A stretch of 64,000 bases of DNA from Antedon mediterranea (lineage: Eukaryota > Animalia > Echinodermata): the NCBI RefSeq assembly GCF_964355755.1, contig NC_092674.1, positions 10,230,001 through 10,294,000 on the forward strand, in the 5' to 3' direction. The stretch's first letter is position 1, and each line of letters opens with the position of its first letter. Below, piece after piece: positions 50,818 through 64,000 of this stretch. A model generated the notes under the pieces. That model was not told the DNA's origin and searched no databases. It worked only from the letters and a program-made list of their open reading frames with translations. The position numbers were made by a program, and so were the translations under genes.

Positions 50818-51414
50818 TACATGTTCAAGAGGATGTAGTGTGTAGGTGCAATCTATCCAAGGTGAATATTTTCTATTCGCATTACATTTGTTTTATTTAT
50901 GTAAACAATAGAGGGCATACTTCATGTAAAACTGACAGTGATATAAAATATTGAAATTTTAATAGGAAATGTTAGAAACGATTATGTAAATCCAGCAAAA
51001 TTTTTTGTGATAAAATATAATCATACATATTTATACCAAAGATATTCAAAATATCATAATATTTATAGGTTTAAATTACATGAAATTTGTCACAATTTAC
51101 AACAAATAATTAAAAATTATATGATATATAACAATTTAATATATTAGATTATTTTTCTGTCGGAAAAATCTGTAATTATTAAATCAATAATATTTTATTA
51201 TTTTTATAAAACTGTCAACCTTGTAGTCCATCTTTGAGTACAATGAATGTTTTATACAATTTAATATTAGGCCATGGGAAATAGATGATATGGTTCTCGT
51301 TGTTGTTGTTAGCGTAACGAATTCTACTACGCTTAAATTAAATTTAATTGTGAAATATTTTTAACTCCTAAAAGAAAAGTTTTCTTTCATACACATCCAA
51401 CAGCAAGCAACTCA

Positions 51415-51593
51415 TCAATTACAGGATGGATAAATTATTTTATAGTTTTTCATGCTTATAAACAAGTTTTTATTGAGGCTTAGAGAGTGGAATTGATAGA
51501 TAGAATCGTTAAGACACTAGGTCGTGATTGAACCATGGACCTTAGGATTGGAAGGCAAGCATGTTAACCACCAAACTACAGCTCTACTACTAC
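51415..51593 (-). mobile_element. tRNA(Gly-like)-derived SINE, same family as 16244-16430
   Basis: Reverse complement reads GTAGTTTGGTGGTTAACATGCTTGCCTTCCAATCCTAAGGTCCATGGTTCAATC..., colinear with the 16.3-kb copy. Confidence 0.7.
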
Positions 51594-53914
51594 TTTCTGT
51601 TTCATAAAACTCGACTTTCCGTAATGTTAATGTAAAAAAGTGAGACTTATTTGCACATGTGATTTTAATGTGAACTGAACTGAACTGAACTTTTATTGTA
51701 TCTCTTTTAAATCAGAGGCACAATCTCAATGAGATGTGCAACAAGTTTACAGTGAAAAATAATTCATACACACTTAAATATAAATACAAAACAAGAAATT
51801 AGACATAAGAACAAAATAACGAAAAAATGTGATGAAAAATAGAAGTATATCAAAATCCAGCACCAAAATGATGAGATCTTGAAGAGAATCATGTAATGCA
51901 TTTCCTCTGGCCTAACTAAAACCATAATCAAGAGAAAATTGTAAATGCAAATTTTAGCTGTTGGCTAATACGCAAAACCAGAAAATATTATAAAAGAAGC
52001 ATCAATCAACAGCAGGTCAGGTCTTCTCTAGTCTGTCTGTTTAATATACAGTAGTAGATCCTCTAGCTTTTATCAGGTCATCAACAGATTAGATATAAAC
52101 ACTATGAATGAAATATACTGAGCCTCACCTGCAAATAGATAGACTTCGGCTAGCCTATAAGGGGAATGGGCTTATACCCGAGAGTACTGTACCCCCTGGG
52201 GTTGGTGTAGGATTGGTCTATACCTAAGATTAGGGTGGGCCTAACCATGGGATTAGGGTTGGCCTATAACAGAGGTAGACTTAGGGTAAGCCTCAACCTG
52301 AGGATGGGCTTATACCAACATTCCAATTTTGAACCCAAAAATAGAATCAAAGAATACAGAAACTGATACTGTGTAGCACCAGACATATAGTATCTACATT
52401 ATGCTGGTACAGTAAGATCTGGTACATCACTGTTCTTATTCCTGTAAGGCACACGCATGACCTTGTCACATGGAAGATGTTAAGGGTATGTTTAAAATTA
52501 TATCATGTTTAATTAGCATAGTAACAGCAAAGTGTTCAGACTCGATTAAAGTTTAAAGCTTTTGTTACAAACTGAAGTGACACAGATCAGGGCTAAACTC
52601 TGATATACAGGAATCAGTCTGACTGGTTGGTAGGTCAAGATCGTTGGTGCGCGACTTTTTTCTATCATGGTTTTGTACATTAATGTGGTACCTTCAGCTT
52701 TCGTATCGTATCACAGTCGCGGTTAGTGTGGTAGATTCTAAGAATCTTTTCCCAGTTTAGACATATTGAGTTGTAGGCAACGTACATTATGAAAACATAA
52801 CTCTGTAGGTCTGAACAGAACTTAAGGGAAAACATCATGTCATTTTAATCAATTATTGGTAAATAATTATACATGAAAAGGATTAGATGTAGATAAACAG
52901 TTGGCAATACTATAGGAGACGACCCAGAGTCTACCAATGCCTAACTGTTTCCACAATCACAATTTCATTTGTACGAAGCACCTGATATGTAAACATTATT
53001 TTGCTTCATAATTAAGAAAACTTAATTTAATATTGACTACCATTGAGTTATACAATTAATCACAATCATGCTCCAATTCACAGATAAGTTTAAGCGTAAC
53101 ATGGTTATAATTATGAAGGCATGATATGACACTGCCAGAACGAGTTATTATTGTATCATTGTAAAATAGTAGGGAGAGTATCTAATTTTAGACTGGCTAA
53201 GATTAATAATTAAATTGTGTTGTTGAGCATAATTCTAGTACATTAAAATGATTATAATGGCCTAGCTGTTATAACATTATTTCAGTTTTAAATTTTCCCA
53301 AAGCGCACATCCACTATTATGCTGACTCCACTTCATTAACAATAATAAAAAAAACTTAAATGCACATGCACAAAAAAAAAGGTTAAATTTGAAGTCGTAC
53401 AAAAAATTAAAAACTTGTATCAGTATAATGTTGAATAAGAATCTACTAAGCCTTTTTCTCCCCTGAAATCTGTAGTAACATAAACGTATGAGACAATTGG
53501 CTTGTCTATTTAAATAATCTAACGAAACTAGTCTATAATGGGAAATAGGTTGGCGTATACGTATCCTCAATGGAACCGAGTTGGGTGATATCTGACAGCT
53601 AGACTGTCAAAGTAAATGTATTGTGATGAATACCATGCCTAACCGTACCCAATGATGATGTACATATGCACCACGTTGCAGCGGTGATAAACATGATAGA
53701 AAATTATCTGTCATGTACAATCCTTTCCAAAATAAGAGTACTTTACTACTTCGGGTATAACCCATACATCCGGCCTCCCCTCCCCCCCCCCCTCCTACCT
53801 CTTCAAAATTAAGCAACTTTTGATCAATGTGAACCATTCTCTACACCAGGGGCAGATCCAGGAAGTAAACAGGGAACATTAACATTTATTATTATTAGTA
53901 GTCTGTTAAAAATA

Positions 53915-54036
53915 TATTGTTTGAAGGTTTGCATGGCAAAATCGTCACTCCTGAGGACGATCAATCAAAGCATGATCGAAACTCAACAGTTCTTTTAAGA
54001 ACTATAATTTGTGGTGTACTGCAAATTTTATATCTA
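53915..54036 (+). mobile_element. Hammerhead-bearing short element, copy D (internally deleted), with 12-bp TSD
   Basis: Direct repeat CTGTTAAAAATA at 53903-53914 and 54037-54048. Same 5' end as copy B; core CTGAGGA-C-GATCA-loop-TGATC-GAAAC. Confidence 0.78.
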
Positions 54037-54604
54037 CTGTTAAAAATAAATATCAAAAAGTTGTTCATAAATTTATTTTAGCTGTCAGTAGGAGAGCGTG
54101 TGGCCCAAGCGCTACCTGCACCTATACATTTTATACATGTCCCAACAAAAATTGATAGAGAATTCTTTTTTAGGAGAACAAAATATCTTTTAAACCATTG
54201 TAATATTAATCTAATTTGTTCATAGTTTAAAAAAAACACCAGATTTTCATCCATGCTAATTTGCACGTACTCATGTTAACTGTTGATTGCAAAATTAAAT
54301 TCTCTCGGGGAAATGTTCTAAAAATAAAAACCACTATGACAAACTTATTTTCACTATTCTTTTGTTACAGTTATTGTCATATCCGTAATTATGTTTCTAA
54401 AAATAATGTTCCACCCACCTGATTTTCTCATTCCATGTACTTAAATAATCTATTTCTACATAAAAAATGTTTTTAAAGAATAAAGTACATAGTATGATAC
54501 GTCTAATGTAGTTTCACTCTTACTTGGTAGTACATTATATTAGTAAGAACTAGTAGAATTACGTTACGTTTGATAATAATTATTAAAATAAATAAAAATA
54601 TATA

Positions 54605-55103
54605 CAGTAGAACCTGTATTTTACGTTCCCTTGATTTTACGTACGCTTAAAATAACCGATGACGTCATCATTTTCTTACATTGAGGGCGCAATTTAACAA
54701 CAACAAACAAAGCCATGGCTGTGTGAGGATTTCTGCTGTGTGAGACAAGCTACACACGTGCATTCCCCCTACAGCAGCGACTGTTTTTATTGATAGAAAA
54801 TACAAGAACATTGATATTTTATTTATAACACTTTATATAAACGCACAGGCTGTATATACTGTACTTTTCTAGTTAGGCCTCATATCTTGCTAGGCCTGCT
54901 AGCCTGGCCTGAATAGTCTAGGCAAGGCCTAGCTAGTGACCACCTGCAAGCTGTACAGTAAAGTAGGCAAACACGGTCGCAGCCTTTATAGCTACGATCT
55001 CTACGTATTTGGGGTCAATTTAAGGTCAACCTCAATTTTACGAATCCCTTGTTTTACGTACGCCTTCCGGTCTTGTACCGTACGTAAAATGGAGGTTCTA
55101 CTG
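54605..55103. mobile_element. Complete pogo/Tigger-like MITE (499 bp)
   Basis: TA TSD on both sides; 22-bp TIRs CAGTAGAACCT(GT/CC)ATTTTACGT (20 of 22 match); sub-terminal direct repeats TTTTACG..CCCTTG.TTTTACGTACGC at both ends; no transposase. Confidence 0.9.
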
Positions 55104-58100
55104 TACATCCATATTTTTGACATTTTACACAGTATAAAGATTTATTGCGAGATAGAGAAAGAAATAGTTGTTGGTATCTGAAGAAGAGTGCAAGAAGTAT
55201 AATTCCATGATTTTTATTCCTTTTTACACATGTAGCTTCGACTTTGATGTTCAAAACAGTCATGATTTCATTTGTACAATTTGGGTTTTTTACAAACACA
55301 TGAACGTTTTGTTTTATAAACTGGTTTCAGTAATTTGTTAAAACAAAGATGAAGAAGTTACAGCCATTTTTCCCCAAATATGAAACAAAGCCCACAGTAT
55401 TTTCTAACGATTTAATTTTTTATTGATGTAATTAGTAAGAAGGTTGTATAGTTTAAATTTTGGAATGTATGGTAGTCGAATTGTATTGGAGACAAATGTT
55501 GATGTGACAATGGAAAAGTTGACAAAAACCATTAAAAAAGCAATATTTGTAGTTATGAGAACAACAAGTGTTGGAGATGCAAAAAATCTTTAATGAAATG
55601 AATGAGTTCACAAATTGCTTATTTATTAGTAATACTGTAAATTGTCAGATATTTATGATTTAGGATTTGGATAAAATTGGGACAGTAGTTGTCAGCAAAT
55701 GGACAAGTACCATTTTGTCAGTTATTTGGCTGTAATAACTGACAAAATATAAATGTAAGTTCATCGTTTTTATCCGGTATTTTATTGGACCATAATAAAG
55801 AAAGTTTTGCTTAATATGTTACAGAGATCCAGATGAACACCTGAGTGGTAATTATATTCTTTCGATGAACCTTATTGATTTCGGACATTCAACTACTGTA
55901 AATATCTTCTATTAGCAATGGATTCAGATCAAACAGCAACAATAAATCAACATTTTGTTTAACAACACTCACAATGTCAAAGGTCAACGTATATAGTAGC
56001 GTCTTGGGAGGCAAAAGCTTTTAAAACATTACACTTTCAGGAAACTGTAATACTAGAATTTCGAATCAAATACCTAAAAACACACAAACAATCGCATACT
56101 TTGGGGATATTAATTCCAGTGTTACAATGATAAGCAGATGTTTCTATTTCAATACTAAATAATAGTTGTTGAAATGAGACAACATTTTACAAGATCTAAC
56201 CATAACATTTTTCTTTCAAAAACATTAGTATACATTACTAGTATACTTTCTTGGAATAATTTGAAAGAAAAATTATTTAGTTAAAATGATTAAGTCATTT
56301 CTCATAGTTGTTGGAAGAAAAGAACTAATTTTAAATAATAGAAAAAAAAATAATATAAAATACTTTGATAAACAAGTTTAATCATGATCATCATAAACAC
56401 ACAACAGTGGTTGGTGTTGGTAGTAGATCTGGATAAACAGCCAAGATCTTACTTTCTCTGGAGGGAGCATATTATATGAACAGTTAAAAGTTCCTTGAGG
56501 ACCCATTTACCATAATGAACTGATCCATCAAGCATGAATACCACCATGACATCATCAACCCAAGAGTTTAAAAAAAAAATTGTATTTGTATGAAGCTGCT
56601 CTTTGGTTAATTGTCACCCTGTGTATAAAATGGTTTAACCCATCCCTCATAAATGTCTAAATGTAATCATAAGTCACAGAGTAAGTCACATAATAAACTC
56701 TGGTTACTTTATGTCTGTTTATCATCAGCACAGTTTCACTATAATACAAATGGTAATCTGCCTATTAAAATAATCTCCTCTTTTGAAATTATTTGGTTTA
56801 TCTCTAATCTTCTGTTGTGTACAAACTTTTATATAATGCTTGATATGTTGAAGGCCTACTTTTTTTAGAAACCGCTTCAGCAATTTGATAAAGTTACAGC
56901 CTTTTTTTTTTTCAAAATAAATTTGTGTTTGGTTGTGTAATGACATAATTGTTATCTCGAATAGAGTAGCTAAATGTTCGCCCCATTCAGTAAACTTTTA
57001 TAATGAGATCAAATTGAGACAGTGATTGTGTTGCAGCTAAAAATTGCTTCTCAGAAACTGTTTTTCAAATAAGATGGCAATAAATTGGGCTTTTTAAAAC
57101 CTTTATATTTTAAATTTCAGTAGTACTGCTATTTCTATTACAAGAAAAAAAAGATTTAAAAACTTTTTTTTTAACAGCAGAAACAGGTCCATTGTATTTT
57201 CTAAGAAAGTTTTTACTCAACATACCTTTTTTCATTGTTTTTAAATGAACAAATAATAAATGCATTTATTCTTTTGAAAATTCACACAGACAGCACCTGT
57301 TGAAATCCAACACATTTTTTCCAATGTATATTTAGTAAAGATTATGTAGGCCTGTATTCTTCTGACAAGCTTAAACCCTTAAGGGTCATATTGATTCCCC
57401 TAGGGTACTTTATTCACTGCTTTTTGCCAAATCTGAGGCAACTTGGGCCTTGAGGAGAGGTTCTGAGCAATGAACTTGTTCTATTCAATAATGAATTAAC
57501 TATGTAGGAATCATAATTTCTTCCTTTCAATGTGTTACAATGACAGATTTATAGTCAAAGAGAGAATGAAGTGGCCAAGACATAATTACAACATAATAAA
57601 AACATTAATGTGAGTATTTAAACATACAATGTTTGAGAAAAAAAATATACATTTCATTTTAACATTATCTTAAATCTTAAAGTCAATATTTTTTTATAGT
57701 AAAAACCTTTATAGCTATATTTTTTTTGGTGTTATTATGAACAGTTATGCAAGAAATCAAATTCTATTTCATACATAATTACAATCAAACTTTCAGTACT
57801 GTACTGTGTGTTATATCAGTCCCATTCTGGGTATGCTATTATGACAGGTATTGGTAGTAAGGTGGCCCGTCTGCCTTATCCTCCCTAATGTCCCAGGTAC
57901 TCATCATTTAAAACTGAGTGGGATTATTGTTACTGAGAATTGCACTAGGGTCTAGTTAGGATAAAATGACTACATATTTTTATTACAAATAAACGTATTG
58001 AGAAACATATCCACAATATCTAAATTCTCAGTTCTTTTATACTAGTGATAAAATTATACTACATTATAAGTAAAACGAGCAAAGCCATTCAATTTTATTA

Positions 58101-61100
58101 TCCTTTGTCATTATAATGATAAAAAATAATGTACAACCAAACATATTCATATAAACCCAATCTGAAAAATATTCATAATAAGACTAATATAATTTTGAAG
58201 AAATTCAAAATTTAACACCAGAACATTAACACCAGGACTGTATGGCCATTTACAAATTGTTCTGTAATTATTTTAGTATAACTACTACTACTAATAATAA
58301 TTAAACTACATTATTTCATTAGTAAACAGATGATTTTATCAACAATATCTAATATGTTGTTTCAAATTACAGTTAAGTTTAATTGACGAGAAATTAGAAA
58401 TCCTTTAATTGGTCAAACAACTTCGAAATAATTACGATTAATTTACAGCATGAATAAAAAGTTGCAATATTTGTCACTTGGCTATCTGCACTTAAAATGT
58501 GCAAATTTGATTCTTGGAGACAATAATCTCAAGTGATCGTAATAAAAATGCTAAGTTTCGAAAGGAAATCTATTTTACATTAAAAATAAATGAACATCGT
58601 TCGTGTTGCAATATTTTTTTCCTCCTCGACAAGACGGGAATAATCAGTTATGACGAATTAGGATGACAATAAAATGAACAGCGTGCGTTTTAACCGTGTG
58701 AATCAGCTTTAGTTGGCTAATAAACCGTTCGGTAAAATGCTCGAGGCAAGAACAGTCAATCAAACTGAGACTAGAGACAGCTTTCTCTCAAAAGTTCACC
58801 TTTTACAATTGCGTCTCATGTTTGCAAGACAAATTTGTCATTGTGATAATCCTACAATTATCAAAGATTTGAGGAAAATAATACAATTATTCAATTATAT
58901 TCAATACATTTTCAAGATTTTCATTTACGTATTTTAACTTTCATTTTACAAATCCAAAATGTTTAACCTAAAAAAATATCTCTCCCAGAAAAGGAATTTA
59001 TCATTTGCTTTTTATTGAGAAAAAGTTGCAAAAGTGCTACTAAAAAAATTGTTTGTTAATATCTAAGAAAATCTGTCTTTTTATTGTTACAGAGAATGTC
59101 AGCTAGAAAAAATGAAATGATAGAATATTATTATGGTATCATCATTTGAATCATCCAGGCTCCATAACAAAATGATGGAGATCCTAAGATGATCTTTTTT
59201 TTTTGTGTCTGCTTTTTTATTTAAACTTATTTATGCAATTGATTTTGTAACTATGGATGTCCGTTTCCGAAATAAAAGTAAAATAAAATGAATAAATTAA
59301 TATCATCAAATAATAAAAAAATTAAATTTACATGCATTGGGACTTAATTACATGTTTTACATGACAGCTCAAGTTACCAATCAAAAGGCAAAAGTACCAG
59401 AATGAAGCAATTGTTTGAGAATACAAATATACAGTATGTTATAAATTTATCTGAATTGTGAACAAGGCTTATATATACTCATTTGATTTATATAACATAC
59501 TTTGGCTTTGAACTTAAGCAAAGGCTTTTATCCTGATCTTTATGGTGCCAATGACCTACTAATACTACTTGAATTCAGTTAAACTTTAACAGCAATAAAC
59601 TTGGTGAGGTCTAGGTGATAAATCACAGCAAGATATTTAACATATCACCCCCATCTACCTACTAGTGAGCAATTATGTACCACTTTAAAACAATTTAAGG
59701 CTTCAATGCATTACAACTATTGTCCTTAAAGATTATTAATTATGGATGAAATTAACAATTATCGGGAAATCTGAATACCCAATCTACTACTGTAACCTGA
59801 AAGTTATTAAATTTACTGAATTAAAATTGTAATGAAAATTAATTCCATGTAATAGATTCGTCAAAAGGATGATTTGACAAAGTGATATTGGTAGGCTTAC
59901 CTGGATAAAGTTGGTCTTACCTTATGACTCAACAAGAAATTAATTGAAAACACCAAGTGAAAATGGAACATTCCATCACCTCTACTACTACTACTGCCAG
60001 ATGTATAACTATCAACCTTAAACTAATCGACTTTAAAAAAAAACAGCGGCTGGTCTACTTAATGAATTGACAAATATATTTTCAGTTGAATAAAAAGAGT
60101 GATATTTTATTTTGCATAAATATACTCTGGTCGACACGTTATTTCTTTGGCATTTTGCTCAATCTGTAGGCATTACTTGGCGTCTCATCATAAACCTATT
60201 TACAACAGCACATAGTTGAATAACCCCATCAATACACAATATAGCCGCCTATACTACATACATACAAACTGACTAGACAGTACCTCTTTTGGCATTTGAA
60301 AAAAAAACTTTCATTGAAAACATTAACAACTTTTTATAGATTATTAAGTGTACTGATACTTCTTTATATTTTTAAATGTTATGTCTCTTTGTTAATGTCA
60401 TTGTTTCTCAACTTGTTTTAATGTTGAGGGCCCATAAAATCAGCTTATGCTCGCTGTAATTGTACAATATAATTAAACTTAGTCAAGAGGAACTAGTAAT
60501 TTATAAATGAACTTAGTCGATGGGAACTGGGAAACAATCAATTGGTACACTTTACAGCAGAGTTCATTATATACACCTTACAATCAAACCAAATCTTTGC
60601 GTCATTTAAAAGGTTTTTGGGGGACAGTGCGTTTTTTTGTCAATGTGTTTGTTATTATAGAACAACATCCCCATCGCCAGGCTCTCACATTTTTATGTAA
60701 GAAACATCTCAAAATTAGTTGTATGTTAGTCTAATTTTGTTAACATTACTCTGTACAGCACTTTGATCTTCATTTGGTAAGTTGCTTCAATATATAACTA
60801 AAAATATTCAAAACTCTTTGATCAAAGAATTATTTGGCTAAGCTCCTTAAACTTGACATGTTACTGGGCACGTCCTTAGCAGCAACAGAGGACCCGATTT
60901 CCTCTCATTTCAAATGTGATTATGCATTTCTTCCTTCATAACGACAGTGATAAATTATTAAGGCAGATAATGCATAATAATATTATAGAATTAATTTTCC
61001 TAATGCACTATTGAAAAATAGTACCTTTGTGTGAAATCATGTCCTGTTGTGTACTGTCAAAATGTCTTAAAGACATCAGAAATAATATTTAGATTACACA

Positions 61101-61717
61101 TTGCTTTTAGATGACATTAAAATGGAAGTGCCCCTTTATTTTAAAATAAAAAATATTGCTCTTCTGCTATGAATGATGCTGAGTGTAATATTTTGTGCCC
61201 TTAATATGTTATATTTATCAATTATACATTTAGCATTAATAAACAAATGTTAAACAGAAGATCACGGAAATTCTAAAAGAAATAGCAAGAAATAGGATAC
61301 ACTGAAGGAACCTCATCAAGGATATTCAGCAGAACAGAACTAATAATGAAGACAACATACTAAGCAATGGACACACCCAACGCTAATAATACAATCATAA
61401 TCAAATTAACATACGGTAGTATAGAAAGCATTAAAGAATTTACAATTTGCCATATCATTATGTTCTGAACATAAACAATGCAATGTTAGTATGACTATGC
61501 AAATTAAAACGAAAGCTAAACTTCAGTCTGCTCGATATCAAATACAACGTGATTGTATGAACCCCTTGTTACAAAGGTATTGTCCAATGTTGGGTGGCTT
61601 TTTAATATGAAATTGGCTTTTGCAAATTCGTATTTTTGTATGTCCAAATCGAAATGTAAGTAAACCGAAACATGTACAATAACATTTTTTTTTATTAAGA
61701 TTGTGTTGTTTTGTAAA

Positions 61718-61931
61718 ATTAAGTTGTGTCCTGACCTACACCAGGTACCCATTTGTACACCTGGGTGGAGAGAGGTAAAAGTAAGCAATATGTCTTGCCT
61801 AAAGGATACACACCAGGTACCCATTTGTACACCTGGGTGGAGAGAGGTAAAAGTAAGCAATATGTCTTGCCTAAAGGATACAAGCAATGTGACGAGCATT
61901 GGATTTGATAAGTAGTCCAGCGTCCAACACA
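61718..61931 (-). mobile_element. SINE of the 41.4-kb family with an exact internal 72-bp tandem duplication
   Basis: 61738-61809 is identical to 61810-61881. The reverse complement matches the central domain of the SINE at 41338-41635. Confidence 0.8.
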
Positions 61932-64000
61932 ATTACAATGTAGACAATCCCCTCTCTTTAAAGAATTCATGAATAAATATCTACTTTCTTTGCAACCAAA
62001 ACAATAACAAATTCACTGTTTTTACTTTGTACATTTAAATAAAATATTGATTGAATAAAATATATTTCTTTATAAACAATGACAATAAAATCGATCAAAA
62101 CCATTTCAGAGTGGAACAAAAACAGCAATGCAAAAACATGTGCAAACAGTTATTACTGTAAATTGAATTCACTTTGAATGCTGATAAAACAAGATACAAG
62201 AAATGACATTAGCTTCAATATATGTAATATCTCATTACAAAAGACAGCAACATAGTTAAGGCGACTTGATTTATCGTTATTGATGAAATTGAGTGGCTGT
62301 GTTTAACGATATGCAAATGAGATGCTGGTTGGAAAACTAACCAGTCTAGCTAATTCACATGCTTGATTCTAATGTAAATTATAAATTAAATCAAATTCCT
62401 CCAATTAAAAACCATGTCTGGGACATGGGAGTTATCTTTGGTTTTGATCTGTAATTAGAACAGCTTTTATAGTTGTGGTCTGGAGGCACAGATATTGAAA
62501 TGTGCTTGTCTCGCAACCTCAGTTATCAAAATATAAAAATATATCTAAATCTTATTTTTTTTATCTTGAAATTAAAAAAAATTTAATTTCAGGAATCCTG
62601 TTATCCATGCAAAATAAATATCATAAGGCATATTCTATAATACAGCATCACATATGTATCACATGTGATGCCTATATCATAAGCCTATAACCTAATCCAA
62701 TACAGACACCAATGTGTTACACATGTGACACAGTATTACAGACTTTGCCTATGATACTGGACAACAATGTCATGTGGAGATACAGTACAGCAAATCGGGT
62801 GATAAAATAATGCAATCACTTCAGGAACAGAGAATCGGATGATACAGTAAAATACTATGCGATCACTTTAGGATTACAATATTTTGACATTTTAATCATG
62901 TCATCATTATTACCCTGATGGTATCTTTCGATAAACTGTATCCATCCTAAAATTATCAAACACATGCTAAATATACTTGAGTAAAATGTACTTTATCAAT
63001 GAAAACATCTTGAAAACTGAAACATCAACATTTAACGCATAGTACAGTAAAAGGAAATTAAAACAATTTTGTTATGTAATGATATCTCAAAATGCACTTT
63101 CAACGGAAAAGCTGACAAGAATTAAAATTAATAAAGAGATGTTGGTACAAGTATAAACTACTCTACAACTTTACATCAGACATCAAAATATTTAGTTATT
63201 CATAGAAAACCTAAAAGTGCTGTTCTATACTTAAGTTAAACATGAGAAAATGACATTTTGTTTTAGTTAAAAAAGATACACATAAGCTATTAAATTTTGT
63301 GTGTGTGCAATGTATATTTAAATAATAATGTATTAAATAATGCTAATTATCTTAAAAGCCATGAAGAAACTCTTGCACTCTTTTTCCTCCAAAAACATGA
63401 TGATACTTATGTCACCTGTGCTGGGGCACCATAATTCTGTTTAGACTAATGTTAGAATGGCGATTTCCTACCTTTCTTTGAAAATACCTCAAGATTTTTG
63501 GCTATCTTTACGAATTTCCATCTATACACCTCACACACACATGCTTTGAAAAATCAAAGCGAAATCCACCGGATGGATAATTTCTACCATGGTATCTGGG
63601 TGTTTACATATTGCATTATACGGTAATCTTTCAGTGATCTGTGGTCTAGTGGTTAAGGTTTGCCCTATCAAATGTTACATGTTTAAATCAGACAAAAGGT
63701 TATTTTATTAGCCCTAACATTTATGATAAAACTAGTTTTCAATTTATAGCATTAATAACCGTTGTTGATTTATGAATAGATTATAAAATGTAACAAAAAA
63801 AATATGAAATAAAATATTTTATTAGGGACAATAAATATTTTTATATCAGGAAATTTTTACAAAAATTTTAATGTTATTACTGTATTACATTTCAACGTTG
63901 AAAGCTTTTGCTGTTATTTTATTTACAGGTATGATAAATATTTTAAAACATTTTTAAATCAGGCTGTGAATATTTTAGCTACTTTTTACAACACTCTTAT

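Noticed and set aside
52225-52290. Telomere-like TTAGGG motifs
   Set aside because: Only three dispersed hexamers inside a degenerate MITE-related repeat, not a tandem array.
46200-59910. Recursive-splice-like CAG|GT motifs on the minus strand (about 46208, 47833, 52128, 59900)
   Set aside because: Several such motifs are expected by chance in tens of kb of AT-rich intron. They cannot be supported without saw-tooth nascent RNA coverage or junction reads.

Overview
AT-rich animal (invertebrate-like) genomic DNA. Most of the window is the 3' part of an AF4/FMR2-family gene (AFF1-4/lilliputian homologue) on the minus strand. Twelve coding exons (45240 to 6281) join by GT-AG splicing into one open frame of about 880 aa. 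It contains the Ser-rich region, the AF9/ENL-binding motif and the C-terminal homology domain. The upstream exons were not found and probably lie beyond position 64000. The 25-kb intron (18464-43522) holds a full-length, TTAA-flanked piggyBac (28002-30699) with an open 611-aa transposase in the same orientation as the host gene. The most notable unannotated signal is a short (about 0.2 kb) non-coding interspersed element present four times. It carries a minimal Penelope-type hammerhead ribozyme inside a long inverted repeat, and two copies have 12- and 16-bp target-site duplications. Other features are a roughly 24 x 80-bp minisatellite with canonical G-quadruplex motifs on the mRNA-sense strand, several MITE families (one seeding a 21-bp minisatellite), Helentron-like elements and tRNA-derived SINEs. 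All calls are from reading the sequence by eye; no database search was run.
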